This document shows, in pieces, positions 25,820 to 39,925 of a stretch of 64,000 nucleotides of DNA (within the stretch, counting starts at the first letter, position 1; every line of letters begins with the position of its first letter). Where the stretch lies: assembly GCA_964016885.1 (NCBI GenBank), contig OZ024741.1, positions 29,326,001-29,390,000 on the forward strand, given 5' to 3'. A program made the position numbers and the translations under genes. The DNA comes from Eledone cirrhosa. Taxonomy: Eukaryota. The notes under the pieces are model-generated. The model saw only the letters and a list, made by a program, of their open reading frames with translations. It was not told the DNA's origin and did not search any database.

Positions 25820-27025
25820 ATATATAAGTATGTACACGTACATTCAAATATGTATACAGACGTACAGTAGTATGTATTTATATATAGATACATGCACACA
25901 TATATATATGTACGTATGGATTCACCGAACATGTATTATAATGCTCGGTGTGTTTGTAAACAAACATCCCGTATTAAGCCGTAGTGTCTAGCAACCATCG
26001 TTGCTCGTTTGTTCAATACTGACAAAGGAACGCTGTACTAGTTTCAAGCTTATTAGCTATCATAAGCAACGTATACCTTCCTGCCAGATTTTTGAACGTC
26101 TGAAAGTATATACTTACCTTATGCATATTAACGGCTGAGTAGCCCAATTTGCATATCGAGTGGGTTAATCGGCCGGGTGCACCGAAAACGATTAATGGAA
26201 AAAATGAAACGAAATTTCATTTCCCACTCTTAGTACGGCTGTTACTTAAATATAAGTATGTATACGTACATACTTATATGTATACAGACGTACAGTAGTA
26301 TGTATATATATATATATACATACATGCACACATATATATATATGTACGTATGGATTCACCGAACATTTATTATAATGCTAGACACTACGGCTTAATACAG
26401 GATGTTTGTTTACAAACACACCGAGCATTATAATAAATGTTCGGTGAATCCATACCTACATATATATGTGTGCATGTATATATATATACATACTACTGTA
26501 CGTCTGTATACATATATGTATGTACGTGTACATACTTATATTTAAGAAACAGCCGTACTAAGAGTGGGAAATGAAATTTCGTTTAATTTTTTCCGTTTAT
26601 CGTTTTCGGTGCACCCGGCCGATTAACCTACTCGATATGCAAATTGGGCTACTCAGCCGTTAATATGCATAAGGTAAGTATATACTTTCAGACGTTCAAC
26701 AATCTGGCAGGAAGGTATACGTTGCTGACGATAGCTAATAAGGTTGAAACTAGTACAGCGTTCCTTTGTCAGTGTTGAACAAACGAGCAACGATAGTTGC
26801 TAGACACTACAGCTTAATACGGGATGTTTGTTTACAAACACACCGAGCATTATAATAAATGTTCGGTGAATCTATACGTACATATATATGTGTGCATGTA
26901 TGTATATATATATTCATACTACTGTACGTCTGTATACATATATGTATGTACGTCTACATACTTATATTTAAGTAACACCCGTACTAAGAGTGGGAAATGA
27001 AATTTCGTTTCATTTTTTCCGTTTA
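25820..27025. mobile_element. Family B partial-tandem plus inverted array
   Basis: Direct period ~428 bp (25825 vs 26253) and inversion point at ~26378. HHRs at 26031-26071 (-, core mutated to CTTATGA) and 26720-26760 (+, CGTTG CTGACGA...GAAA CTAG TA CAGCG). Confidence 0.9.
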
Positions 27026-27202
27026 TATATATATATATACAGTAATAATAATAAATGTGAAGACTAAAATCTTTATCTAAATAAATAAATATATACATAT
27101 ATATACACACATTACATTTATATTTGTATGTATATATATATGTGTGTATGTGTGTGTGAATATATATACATATGTATATATATGTATATGTGTATGTGTA
27201 TA

Positions 27203-27289
<87 letters not shown>

Positions 27290-27293
<4 letters not shown>

Positions 27294-28139
27294 AATTAAT
27301 ATATCTAGTAACATATATATATACATACAGATGCATATCAATGCTAGCAAATATATAGGTTTTGTCTTAGTAACTTTGTGGTTCAATGCATGGGGTTGCA
27401 GAACAATAATATGAGACGTAAAATAAGAAAATTATAAAATTAACTTACTTACTAAAATTTCACTCCCAACTAATTAGTTTCTGAAATGGAATAAATATAC
27501 TTTCCGAAGAAGATATAGAGAATCATTTCGTCGTCAGGGAAGTCTATTCTCAGCTAAGTTTCCAGGCAAAGCGTGGACTCTGGAAAACTTATACAAAAAT
27601 AATTCAGTGGATAGAAAATAGCAAAGAGTGGACTGAATTCCTAGCCATTTAGAAAATCACTGCCTACTGCGTCGGTGGCAAATTCAAAAAGAATCAATCA
27701 CGTGACATCGAGGTTAATCAGTGGAAATTGGTTTGTTAAGAAGATGGCGGCCTGCCTGCTACCATAGCAGCAGTCTTGGCCAATATTGCTCCAAATAATT
27801 TGGAGATAATTATAAAGAATTAATATATCTAGTAACATATATATATATACATACAGATGCATATCAATGCTAGCAAATATATAGGTTTTGTCTTAGTAAT
27901 TTTCTCAATGGCTAGGAATTCAGTCCACGCTTTGCTATTTTCTATCCACTGAATTATTTTTGTATAAGTTTTCCAGAGTCCACGCTTAACCTGGAAACTT
28001 AGCTGAGAATAGACTTCCCTGACGACGAAATGATTCTCTATATCTTCTTCGGAAAGTATATTTATTCCATTTCAGAAACTAATTAGTTGGGAGTGAAATT
28101 TTAGTAAGTAAGTTAATTTTATAATTTTCTTATTTTACG

Positions 28140-28140
<1 letters not shown>
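27290..28140. mobile_element. Family A partial-tandem plus inverted array
   Basis: Direct period ~523 bp (27290 vs 27813) and inverted segment 27900-28140. CTGACGA...GAAA cores at ~27500-27540 (-) and ~28019-28055 (+). Confidence 0.85.
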
Positions 28141-28213
<73 letters not shown>

Positions 28214-28699
28214 TGAGTTGGTTTTCATGTTGCTTTGGTCCTTGTGGCTGGCTCACCGGTCGCAGTCTTCAATTGTCAAACTGTCTAAACGTATGTTACT
28301 ACTCTAATGTAGAACTACATTATTGAGTACTTAGCTGCACATTCCAGTTTGTATTCGTTAGTTTGGCCGCAGCCAGGGCTTCGATCTTACTGAACTTCCA
28401 ATTCCTTCCTTGCTCACATTTCAACCATGTTTGATGGTCTTTATTCTCTCTCGTTCACGATTTCACCGAATTTAAATTCATAGAAATTTGGGACTTGACT
28501 CCTTCTTCCTCACTTTTCGTTGCTTCACCATTTGTGTTTGTTTACACTCGTGTCCCCTTTATTTACGTATCCCAACGGCTAATTTTTAGCCGTTGCTCGC
28601 ACCAACCGGAGGTATATGGTCTTTAAAGCGATGAAATAGCAATGATGGTTGGAAGATCACTGATGAAGGACTAACTTTATTCATATATATATATATATG

Positions 28700-28750
28700 T
28701 AGGTATGTATGTATACGTACATACATATATGTATAAAGACGTACAGTAGC

Positions 28751-28801
<51 letters not shown>

Positions 28802-29431
28802 CAGGCACACATATATATATGTACCTATCAGTTTAGCGAACATTTATTATAACGTTCGCTTTGTTCGTTTGTAAAGAAACGGACAGCCTGATTTATGCCG
28901 TACGGTGTTAAGGCAACCACGTCACCTTTTTGTTCAACACTGACACACGAACGATGTACTAGTTTCAAGCTTGTTAGCTATCGTCAGCACCGTATACCCT
29001 TCTGCCACATGGTTGAACGTTCGAAAGTATATACTTTCCTTATGAAAATTAACGGCTGAGCAGCCTAATTTGCATATCGAGTGAGTTCAGTCGGCCAGGC
29101 GCACCGAAAACGATAAAATGGAATAGAATGAAATGAAATTTCATTTCTCACTCTTATTACGGCACTTACTTAAATGTAAGTATATATGTATACGTACATA
29201 CATATATGTATACAGACGTACAGTAGCATGTATATATATATATACATACAGGCACACATATATATATGTACGTATCAGTTTAGCGAACATTTATTATAAC
29301 GTTCGCTTTGTTCGTTTGTAAACAAACGGACAGCCTGATTTATGCCGTACGGTGTTAAGGCAAACACGTCACCTTTTTGTAAGTAAGTGCCGTACTAAGA
29401 GTGAGAAATGAAATTTTATTTCATTCTATTC

Positions 29432-29435
<4 letters not shown>
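28700..29435 (-). mobile_element. Family B partial tandem (~1.4 units) plus short inversion
   Basis: Period ~477 bp including a (TA)n expansion. Intact HHR at 28951-28993 (-): ACGGTG CTGACGA tAGCTaacaAGCTt GAAA CTAG TA CATCGT. Confidence 0.9.
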
Positions 29436-29473
<38 letters not shown>

Positions 29474-29475
<2 letters not shown>

Positions 29476-29655
29476 CAAAGGAATTGTGGTAAGGAACCAG
29501 ATGGACCATAACGCACCAGAGCACTCAATACTTAGGGTAGTAGAGTGGGAAATAGGAAAAAGTATGACCCCGACGGCAGAGCTCAAGCCGTTTCGAACTG
29601 AAATAGCCGTCGAAACGGCTTGAGCTCTGCCGTCGGGGTCATACTTTTCCCTATA
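29474..29655. mobile_element. Family D fold-back stub
   Basis: ATAGGAAAAAGTATGACCCCGACGGCAGAGCTCAAGCCGTTTCGA is inverted around ACTGAAATAGCCG. Confidence 0.75.
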
Positions 29656-29683
29656 TATAGTGTGTGTGTATGTACATATATAT

Positions 29684-29742
<59 letters not shown>

Positions 29743-29746
29743 TACA

Positions 29747-29838
<92 letters not shown>

Positions 29839-30364
29839 AGTGTCCGTATGTATATACGTGTCTATTGGTCCACGTGTGTGTGTGTGCATGTATGTGCGTA
29901 TGTGTTATTGTGTATATTTAGGTGTCTAGTAACAGTTCCTTTGAGACACAAAGTATCTTTTGAGACCATAGAATTACTATTATATTTCATATTTTCCAAT
30001 TACACATTTATAAGATATCAGATATTTTTTCACTCTGTGTAACATCATTATTCTATCAGGTATTTCAAATATTTTATTATGATGTTTTCCATGGCGCTAT
30101 TCATCAGAATTCATCCTGATTTATTGAAAAGTCCTTCTCTCTTGTTTTGAGGCGATGCACATTGCAAGAATAGTTTTAGGCAGATATATACACACACATA
30201 TATATACACATATATAGATATATACATATATATATACATACATATAGATACGTACATATGGATATACACATTTATATACATACACATAGATACATACATA
30301 TAGATACATATATATAGATACATATATATGTATATATACATATAGATATACACATACAGATACA

Positions 30365-30463
<99 letters not shown>

Positions 30464-30589
30464 GACATACTCCACTTACGTAGCAGAGTGTGTATATATC
30501 TGTCTAAAATGTATATATATATATATATATTTATATTAAAAACGACATATTCTGCAAAACTGACTCCGGTTTAACTTTCTTCCCCCACC

Positions 30590-30643
<54 letters not shown>

Positions 30644-30771
30644 TTATTAAAATAACAGATTTATTATTATTACTATATATATACATATATATACATATTA
30701 CTATATATATACATATATACACATATATATATATATGTATGTATGTATATATATATGGATATATATATATG

Positions 30772-30802
<31 letters not shown>

Positions 30803-30858
30803 TTATATATATATATACAGATATATATATATATACATATATATAAATACATATATAC

Positions 30859-30894
<36 letters not shown>

Positions 30895-30915
30895 ATATAT
30901 ATATGTATATATATA

Positions 30916-31016
<101 letters not shown>

Positions 31017-31409
31017 CTGTGTGTGTGTTCGTGTTCAGAAGAGACAGGACCAGTATTGAAAAGGCTATAGTAGTGTTGTTACTTGAATAAAGCCCTCATT
31101 GATAAACTATACAATACTTCACATCTATACAAACGTAAATGGTTATAATACAGCATACAATTACAGTAAAACAAATAATAAAACAAGCAATAAAACAAAC
31201 CAAAACACAACAAACAAATTAATTACAAATATACGGACGTATATGGAAATATTCAGTCAGACTCTCCTACTGGAGAAGTCTGCTTTAAAAAGGTAAAAAA
31301 ATAGAATTATTCAGAGAAGCATAGATAGAAGCCCAATAACAGACTATATATTTAATAAAACAGCATTCATGACATACATATATACATTGAAAGTAATGGA
31401 GATATAGGG

Positions 31410-31960
31410 AGGAGGTGGTGGTGGTGGTAGTGGTGGCGCAGGTGGTAGTGGTGATGCAGGTACTGGTAGTAGTGCAGGTGGTGGTGGTGGTGGTGGTGGT
31501 GGTGGCGCAGGTGGTAGTGGTGATGCAGGTACTGGTAGTAGTGCAGGTGGTGGTGGTGGTGGTTGTGGTACAGGTGATGGTTGTAGTGGTGGTGCAGTTG
31601 GTGGTACAGGTTGTGGTGGTGGTGGTACAGGTGATGGTAGTGGTGCAGGTGGTGGTGGTGGTGTTGGTGTTGGTACAGGTGGTACAGGTGGTGGTGGTGT
31701 TCCGGGTGGTGGTGGTGGTACGGGTGGTGGTGGTAGCGGTGGTCGTGGTGGTAGCGGTGGTCGTGGTGGTAAATGTGGTACATGTGGTGGTGGTGGTGGT
31801 GTTGCAGGTGGAGTGGGTGGTGGTAGTGCAGGTGGTGGTACAGGTGGTGGTGGTAGTGGTAGTGGTGGTGGTACAGGTGGTGGTGGTAGAAGCGGTGGTG
31901 GTGGTACAGGTGGTACAGGTGGTGGTGGTAGTGGTGGTAGTGGTGGTGGTGGTGGAGCAG
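31410..31960. repeat. Degenerate (GGT)n/GCAGGT minisatellite
   Basis: Repeating GGTGGT...GTACAGGT/GCAGGT units with an internal ~72-bp duplication (31434 vs 31503). Confidence 0.85.
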
Positions 31961-32311
31961 ATGGGGAGATATTTAATTTTAAAAAATGATAGGATTAAGT
32001 GAAAGATATAGTGAGTTGTGAAGAGAAAATCGTGTACACACACATACACACACACACACACACACACTCACACACACTCACACACACTCACACGCACATA
32101 TATATGTGTAAATGTATATGTGTATGTACCAATATATATATATACATATATAGATATACATATAAATATATATACATATAAATTATATATATATACAAAC
32201 ACACGCACATCTGTGTGTATGGCTGTCATGTTTCTATGTGTCTATTTTAAATTATATCTTTTACTTAATTTTTCTTGACTTATAAAAGTGATTGCATAGA
32301 AGCGATTCCAT

Positions 32312-32745
32312 GTTACATGGTGGCTGCCAACTCGTTTTCGAGTACGGCCACTACTTTATATCCATGTAGGAGAACTCCTACCGATGCGCTGAACGAGTGT
32401 GACTTTTTAGTTCAGCCAGCGACTTGAAAACTCTGGTACAAACACTACACTTGTGACAATTATTGACACATAGTGCTAGGCCCATGGTACCATGTGACGA
32501 CAAGTGCAGAGAGATCTCCATATATGCCTGTGCCGTGAAGCTTTTATAGTGAGCAAAGGCACTGCACAAAGCCAGTCCCACTCTCTTAACCAAGATGATA
32601 TTTACCTAAAAGAAGAACAAGTCAACATCATTGGATACCATCAGGGTTGCAGGTGTTATATCAGAGTTTTCCTTCTCCTAGAATTCTGCCTTGACAAAGG
32701 CTAAGGGGTCATCTCTCCCGGTGATTTTGGATGGCCATTGACTCT
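32312..32745 (-). mobile_element. Bipartite non-autonomous RTE derivative (5' UTR + last zinc finger + 3' tail)
   Basis: 5' motif CCCCTTAGCCTTTGTCAAGGCAGAATTCTAGGAGAAGG, then CSVCTRVFKSLAELKSHTRSAH, then tail GCCGTACTCGAAAACGAGTTGGCAGCC. Confidence 0.75.
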
Positions 32746-32869
32746 TAAGAGCTCCTTTTCCCTTTTTACATATGTGCATAAGAACACACTGAAGCACATA
32801 TACACACATATGAATGTATGTATACACACAGCCAAACAGACACACACACCTCACATATACATACATACA

Positions 32870-33184
32870 TACATGATGGCTGCCCTCTCGTTATCGAGTA
32901 TGGCGATTATATATACCATTATTAACAATTATTAATTAATTCTATCGTGCAATGCCTGTGCGTGAAGATATTTTTTAAAGTAAGGAAAGACTGTGCACTG
33001 AGCCAATCCCACTCTCTGAGGGACAGTAGCTATAACCCGAAAAGAAGAAAAGATCTACATCATCGGTAACTACTGAGTCGCAGGTTTTATATCGGAGTTA
33101 TCCCAGTTTCCTGAGTTGCCTTCTCCTAGAAGAATGCCCTGACAAAGGCTAGGGGTCCTTCACTCCCAGTGTTTTAACCGCGCA
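32870..33184 (-). mobile_element. Bipartite non-autonomous RTE derivative (5' UTR fused to 3' tail)
   Basis: 32946-33184 matches RTE 5' UTR 44863-45101. 32872-32905 matches the RTE 3' tail CCATACTCGATAACGAGxGGGCAGCCATC, followed by (TATG)n. Confidence 0.85.
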
Positions 33185-33256
33185 GAAATGTGTATATACA
33201 TATTTACACACTTTCCGATGGCCATTGACTCTTATGAGTTCTTCCGCCCTTTGTAA

Positions 33257-33317
<61 letters not shown>

Positions 33318-33344
33318 CATACATACATACATACATACATACAT

Positions 33345-33445
33345 AGAGGCCTAACATCAGTCCAGACAACATTTGAGTGTCGCATCATATCTCTCCGACA
33401 ACATCTACGAACCTCGAAGCGTAGGAGCCCGTTTCTCGAGCACCA
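33345..33445 (+). mobile_element. Dong/R4 internal fragment interrupted by a CACTG-ended element
   Basis: GAGGCCTAACATCAGTCCAGAC...CAACATCTACGAACCTCGAAGCGTAGGAGC matches the reverse complement of 50436-50503. The 5' junction is in (CATA)n. Confidence 0.75.
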
Positions 33446-33818
33446 CTGATTCTCCGTTTCTTATGTGATATTATACTCTGCTCTGTAAAAGCATCGAGTG
33501 CGCAAACGGCCTACCGTATACGGACGCTTTAAGCATCCCACACCAATTATATATTTATATATATATATATGTATATATGTTTATATATATATGTTTATAT
33601 ATATATATACAAATATTCAGATATGTACAAACATATTTTCCATGTTTCGACAATGAAGTCATAGAGCCAATCCGTATCACACAGAAGTAGTTACATAGAT
33701 ACATATGTTGAATAAACTATTATAGAAACCAATGTAGGCGCACTCTCACATACTCACAGTACATCATAAGTCAAATACACAGACAGAGCTGCATTCCTAC
33801 ATATAGAATACACACACA

Positions 33819-33849
<31 letters not shown>

Positions 33850-33860
33850 GCGCACACACA

Positions 33861-33962
<102 letters not shown>

Positions 33963-34226
33963 CGTATATAGAATGCTTTACAAATAAAACAACACAGAAT
34001 AGTTGTTCTCCAAAACATGAATGCAAGGAATGTGTATAGATGTATAAAAATAGATTACATATATGAATCTATGTTATATATATATATATATATGTATATG
34101 TGTGTTGATATATATATATATAAATATATATACGGCATATATATACCTATATAGCTGTATATATATATGTATATATACGGCATATATATACCTATATAGC
34201 TGTATATATAAATATATATATATATA

Positions 34227-34320
<94 letters not shown>

Positions 34321-34775
34321 TATAGCTATATATATATACAGTATATATACGAATCTATGCTATATATACGGCATAAATATAGTTTTATATGTGTGTTATA
34401 TATATGTATATATATATATACATATATATATACACATATATGTATATATACATACATATATGTATGTATATATGTATGAATGCATATATAGAGTCAATAC
34501 ATGAAATATAAAAATTGATAAATTGGAACAGGATAACGAATTGAAATAGAATAAAACTATAAATACAAAGTAAATACATCACCCCTCTCCCCCACACACA
34601 TGTATGTATATATGCATATATGTATATATATATATATATATGCATGTGTGTGTGTGTATATATATGTGTGTATGTATATATATATATATGTGCGTGTATA
34701 TATATGTGTGTATATATATATATACATATATATATATTTGTATATATATATATATACGTATATATATATATATAC

Positions 34776-34815
<40 letters not shown>

Positions 34816-36338
34816 CTGTGTGCGTGTGTATATATATATATATACATACATATATATACCATAACAAATCAGAGTTTGTGATATAAAATAGAAAATAATA
34901 CATATAAATAAGGCCAAAGTAACAATATATAACATAACATATATGAACATATTAATAAAGATCAAAAACTAATTCATGAATGAATTAAATAGAATAGCGG
35001 GAATATTGATAATAATGAGTATTTCTTTACAATGGTAGAAGGGAAGGAGAGGGGGAGAGCAAAGTGCAAGTGACGTGTAATATAGTGTAGTATAATGTAG
35101 TAGATTTAAAATACCTTCGTGTTGATCGGTACTTAATTTTAGGAATTTGGAAAATATATAGTAAGCGGAAATATAGAGTTGACCCTCACTATATTTGAAT
35201 TAAAATGTGTTGAAATCTCATGACAGATTTTTTCCAGTTTTACTTCACTTCTTGCCACTCTTATACACATTTTAACAAATGTTTTATTTCGTAGGAGAGT
35301 TATATAAACATACAGGAAAAGAGAGCAGCATTGGAAATGACTATAAATGCCATAAATGTAAAGGAAAGGAGAGGGAGGGGCAAGTACTACTAGAAAAGGA
35401 AAGAAAGAAAGAAAGTAAGTAGGGGAGAGGGTGACAGACTCTACATCTACGTGAGAATGGTGATTCAGCTGCGCCTCACGGACAAGATGGTAAAGGCTTT
35501 TGCTTGGACAATGGTTACCAAATTAGCTGGGAGGCAATATTTCTCTTCAAGGGAACTTTGATTGAGTTAATGAGTTAATTGGTGAAAGAGAAATGTCTTT
35601 AGCTTCAACCCTCCGCAGTTATGTCTACCATGCAATCTCTTTTCGCAATGGCCACCCGGCGTATAACATCTGCCTGTCTAAAGGAAGGTGGCGAGGCAAT
35701 CTTCACGATTGACTTAACTGATAGCTTGACCCATCTAGAACATGGCTGCAGCTGTTCTACATAAACTCACGAGTTAGTAATGCTGTGGCACCCGCATTTC
35801 AGAAATGCTTGGCTGACGGCACTGTAGAGTTTATCTCGAACTGGCAATCTTTCTCAGTAGCACTTACCAGGCCACTGACAAGTAGAACCTGTCCTTTCCA
35901 CAAAAAGCAAATGAATAACCGCCCCAGTGCAGTCAGACGTGGAATACGACAAATGCCAGGTGTTAGTAGATGACGGATACCCTGTACACATTCACTACCT
36001 ATACCCGACCTTTCAGAGATAGCCTCTTCAACCCCATTTCTGGATGAGAGTGGCCATCCTACTCATTACATCGTCTCAGTTTTTATCCACACGGAGGTCT
36101 GGATCAAACCAGACTCTGAGCAATTTAACCGGTCCGCCCGTCGATCACCAGATGACGCAGCTGGACAGCATGGAGTCGCCCCTCCAGTTGCCAACATATA
36201 CATATACATATGTGTAGGCACATGATTATCCTCGCATCATATGGTGATGCGGGGATGCGCATGTCTCTCCCGCTCCCTCTGTCAATCTCTGTCTGTCTGA
36301 TGTCTGCCTGTCTATTTCATTCTCTCTCATCCTCTCGC

Positions 36339-36419
<81 letters not shown>

Positions 36420-36557
36420 CGAGAGCGAGAGAGAGATAATTTAATTACTTATATATAGTAGAGTGAGTAATAGGAACATGTTTAGCCCCGAGAGCAGAGC
36501 GCAAGCCGTTTCGACGGCTATTTCAGAAAATTGCTTTTTGTGATCCAGTTCGTGTGA

Positions 36558-39500
36558 ACTGTGAACAACAATTATAATTGAGTGGCTGCTATTTGCAGTA
36601 TAGCAATATAAGGTTGCACTTACCAATGAAACGGTCGTAAATACCTGGATAAAATCCTTCTCTTAATGTTTACCTGTGTTTTCTCTTTTATACTTTATAC
36701 TCCAAGATTAAACGGAATTCTTACAAACTTGTGGAGTTACCCCTAACCGTACGTTGAAACCATCCATGAAACTGGCTTTCTTAACCACGAACTGGATTAC
36801 AATAAGCAATTTTCTGCTTCCCTAACTACAGGCTCCTTATCGGTCGAGCAACCACCTAAACATACGGTACTACTATGGAAAAGCATTACATAGGTATGTC
36901 CCTAAAGAACATTCCTATACCTTTGAGAAAGGATTATACCCTCGGGATGATACAGCGAACAAACGACTTTATACGCAGAGTTAGATGGAAAACTTTCCAT
37001 TTCGACAAAGGACGTAATGGTTGCACCGTGGAATACAACAAGGAAACATACGGCTTCAAATCGTGTAAGAACCCATCTACCAACCCTCAACTTGATGCCT
37101 TTGAACAGGACTTACTGAAGATCATTATAAATATCAAATTCAAAAAGCGGAGGAATAATAAACTCCAGAATGACATAAATACATTCCTAAAAAAGCTGTG
37201 AACCACCAATGGAAATATTGTCAAAGCGGACAAAACATCAAATGTGTATACGATGGATGTTAATACATACAATAGTTTCATACGGAAGGAATTACATAGG
37301 AAATACAAAAAAATAATGAGGCGGCACTGATAAACATCAACAACGAGGCACACAATATAGTCAAACACATAGGAACAGACGACAGAACGGAGCCACTTAG
37401 CCCATGTACCCCCACATTTAATCTCAAGGACCACAAGGTAAATTTTGATTATAACCTCACAATTAGACTTATATGCCCGTCCAAATCGGACATCGGGAAA
37501 ATTAGTAAAAATATATTAGACAGAGTGATAGCACAAATGAAGAATAAACTAGTGATTAAACTATGGGTTAACCCTACCGAAACAATTAAGTGGTTTAACA
37601 ATATAGCTAACAAAGAAGTATCTAAATTTATACAATTTGACATTAACGACTATTACTCCGCTATATCCCCAACACCTTGGATAAAGCCTTAGCATTCGCC
37701 AAAGCCAATTCTGACATAACAGACGACGAGATAAAAATTATATTAGCTGCTAGGAAAACAATAATTAAATTTGAAAACGCCTATTGGGAACGTAAGGATA
37801 GATTCAATAAGTTTGACATCACGATGGGGGCTAACGACTCGGCTCAAGTCACAGATTTAGTATGTATTTACATAGCCCATAGTTTACAAAGTGAGTTTAG
37901 CGACCTTCACGGTGGAATCTACAGAGACGATGCCCTTCTCCTAGTTAAGAACCTAAATAACCAGAGCATAGAAAGACTCCGTAAGAATATTAGAAAGACT
38001 CTCGGAAACTAGGCCTTAGCATAACGTATGAGTATAGCACTAAAACAGTTAACTTTCTAGACGCGACGCTTAACCTAAATTTCACAAGATTAATGAAAAC
38101 TTAGCATACATCAACTGTAACTCAAACCACCCACTAACCATGATTAAATCCATTCCACGCAGCATATCCCTTAGGATCTCCCGCCTCTCGTCTAACCGAC
38201 AAATCTTCGAAGAACATGCAGAATACTACAATACCGCATTAGACAAGGCAGGCCACTTAGATAGAGTAGAATATATAGATGAAAGCCTCCGTAAAGCGCA
38301 CACGAACACGCATAACACAAACTCCAGAAACACACGCACACACGCACTTACGCATAGAACTACAAAGTATACGGTAAATAGAAATACAACATCGAAATCA
38401 AACAAGTCACGCAGTAGAAAATATATTTGGTATAACCCCATATTTAACACCTCTATTAGTACTAACCTACCCTCTACCTTCTTTAGAATAATAAATAAGC
38501 ACTTTCCAGATTCACATAGATACAGCAAAATCCTTAACACTAAATCTATTAGACTATCTTACTCCACGGCACCAAATATAGAGGCACACATTAAGATGCT
38601 TAACGCTAAAAAGATACATAACAACACCAGAACACAAATTTACAACAATAACAATCCAATCACCATTGAACACAACAGAATATCTAATACACAACCACCC
38701 ACTAATAGGCAAACAAAACGTAACACACTTGTACAGGCACCGCAGCCCACCAATAATGTCAAAGTTGCCCATGACAATAATTGTAACTCCCACCTACCTG
38801 AAACCTGTCTATTACATAATGAATGTATGCAGTCTAACCTGGTTTACCAATGCACAGTGGAGTCAGACAAACAGAAATGGTATTACATCGGAGCGACTGG
38901 GAATACATTTAAAGCCCGTTGGTATACACACCGTTACGCAATGAAACATTCCCAACATCGTTATGTAACTACCCTTGCAAACAAGACCTGGCAACTGAGG
39001 GAAAGTAACCATCAATACACCCTGAAGTGGAAAAAATTATTGAACGCGCCCCCATATCGGAGTGGTATGAGAAGCTGTCAATTATGCGACCTTGAGCTGT
39101 TCCACATCTTGAGTTCGAAGAATAAGTTACTCAACAATAAAATCGAAAGATCAATTTATTGTAACCATAGACTCAAAGAGAAGTTTTCGCACTACAAGTG
39201 CAAATCGAACCCTTAAACTCTTACTACCAACTGACAAACTGCATATACTTAGACTTTATACCTTCTTGTTGTATTTAAATCCTTTTAAGTACCCACAAAA
39301 ACAAATACCTATATTCCCCCTTCTCCTTCATTCCTCTTCTATTTCTTCGTTTTCTTCCTTCCTTCCCTCCCCTTCTTGGCTATCTTTTCTTTTCTTCTTT
39401 CTCCCCCTTCTTTGCTTTTATTTTTGTCATTATTATTTTTATCTTTATTTTTTTTATTTATATTTATCCCTTTATATCTCCCCCCCCCCCTCTCTCTATC

Positions 39501-39925
39501 CACCCCTCCCACTATGATCAATTTAATTCTCTTTAACTCACTACATTCCACGACATGAAGTCTACTTATCAAAACTGATCAAGGAATCCTTCCACCTCTA
39601 CCCTCCCTCCATCTCAGTTTGTCACCCTACTTCCTAACTCTCCCCCCTTCCTCTCTCTATCTATACTATTCCGTTTATCCCCTCACCTTCTGATTCCTCT
39701 CTCTCTATGCTAGTAAATACAATTTCAAATAAATGTTTTTCTCTATATATTAAGAATTATTTCAAGAGTAACTCACTATTTTGAAAACTTGGACTGTGAA
39801 CAACAATTATAATTGAGTGGCTGCTATTTGCAGTATAGCAATATAAGGTTGCACTTACCAATGAAACGGTCGTAAATACCTGGATAAAATCCTTCTCTTA
39901 ATGCTTACCTGTGTTTTCTCTTTTA

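Noticed and set aside
31285-32067. 260-aa Thr/Cys-rich ORF with overlapping His-rich and Val-rich ORFs
   Set aside because: They are alternative readings of a degenerate (GGT)n repeat, with no independent coding evidence.
36875-39216. Selenocysteine recoding of PLE stops, as in some Naiads
   Set aside because: The interruptions involve frameshifts and mixed stop codons, cysteine motifs use normal codons, and the endonuclease is C-terminal.
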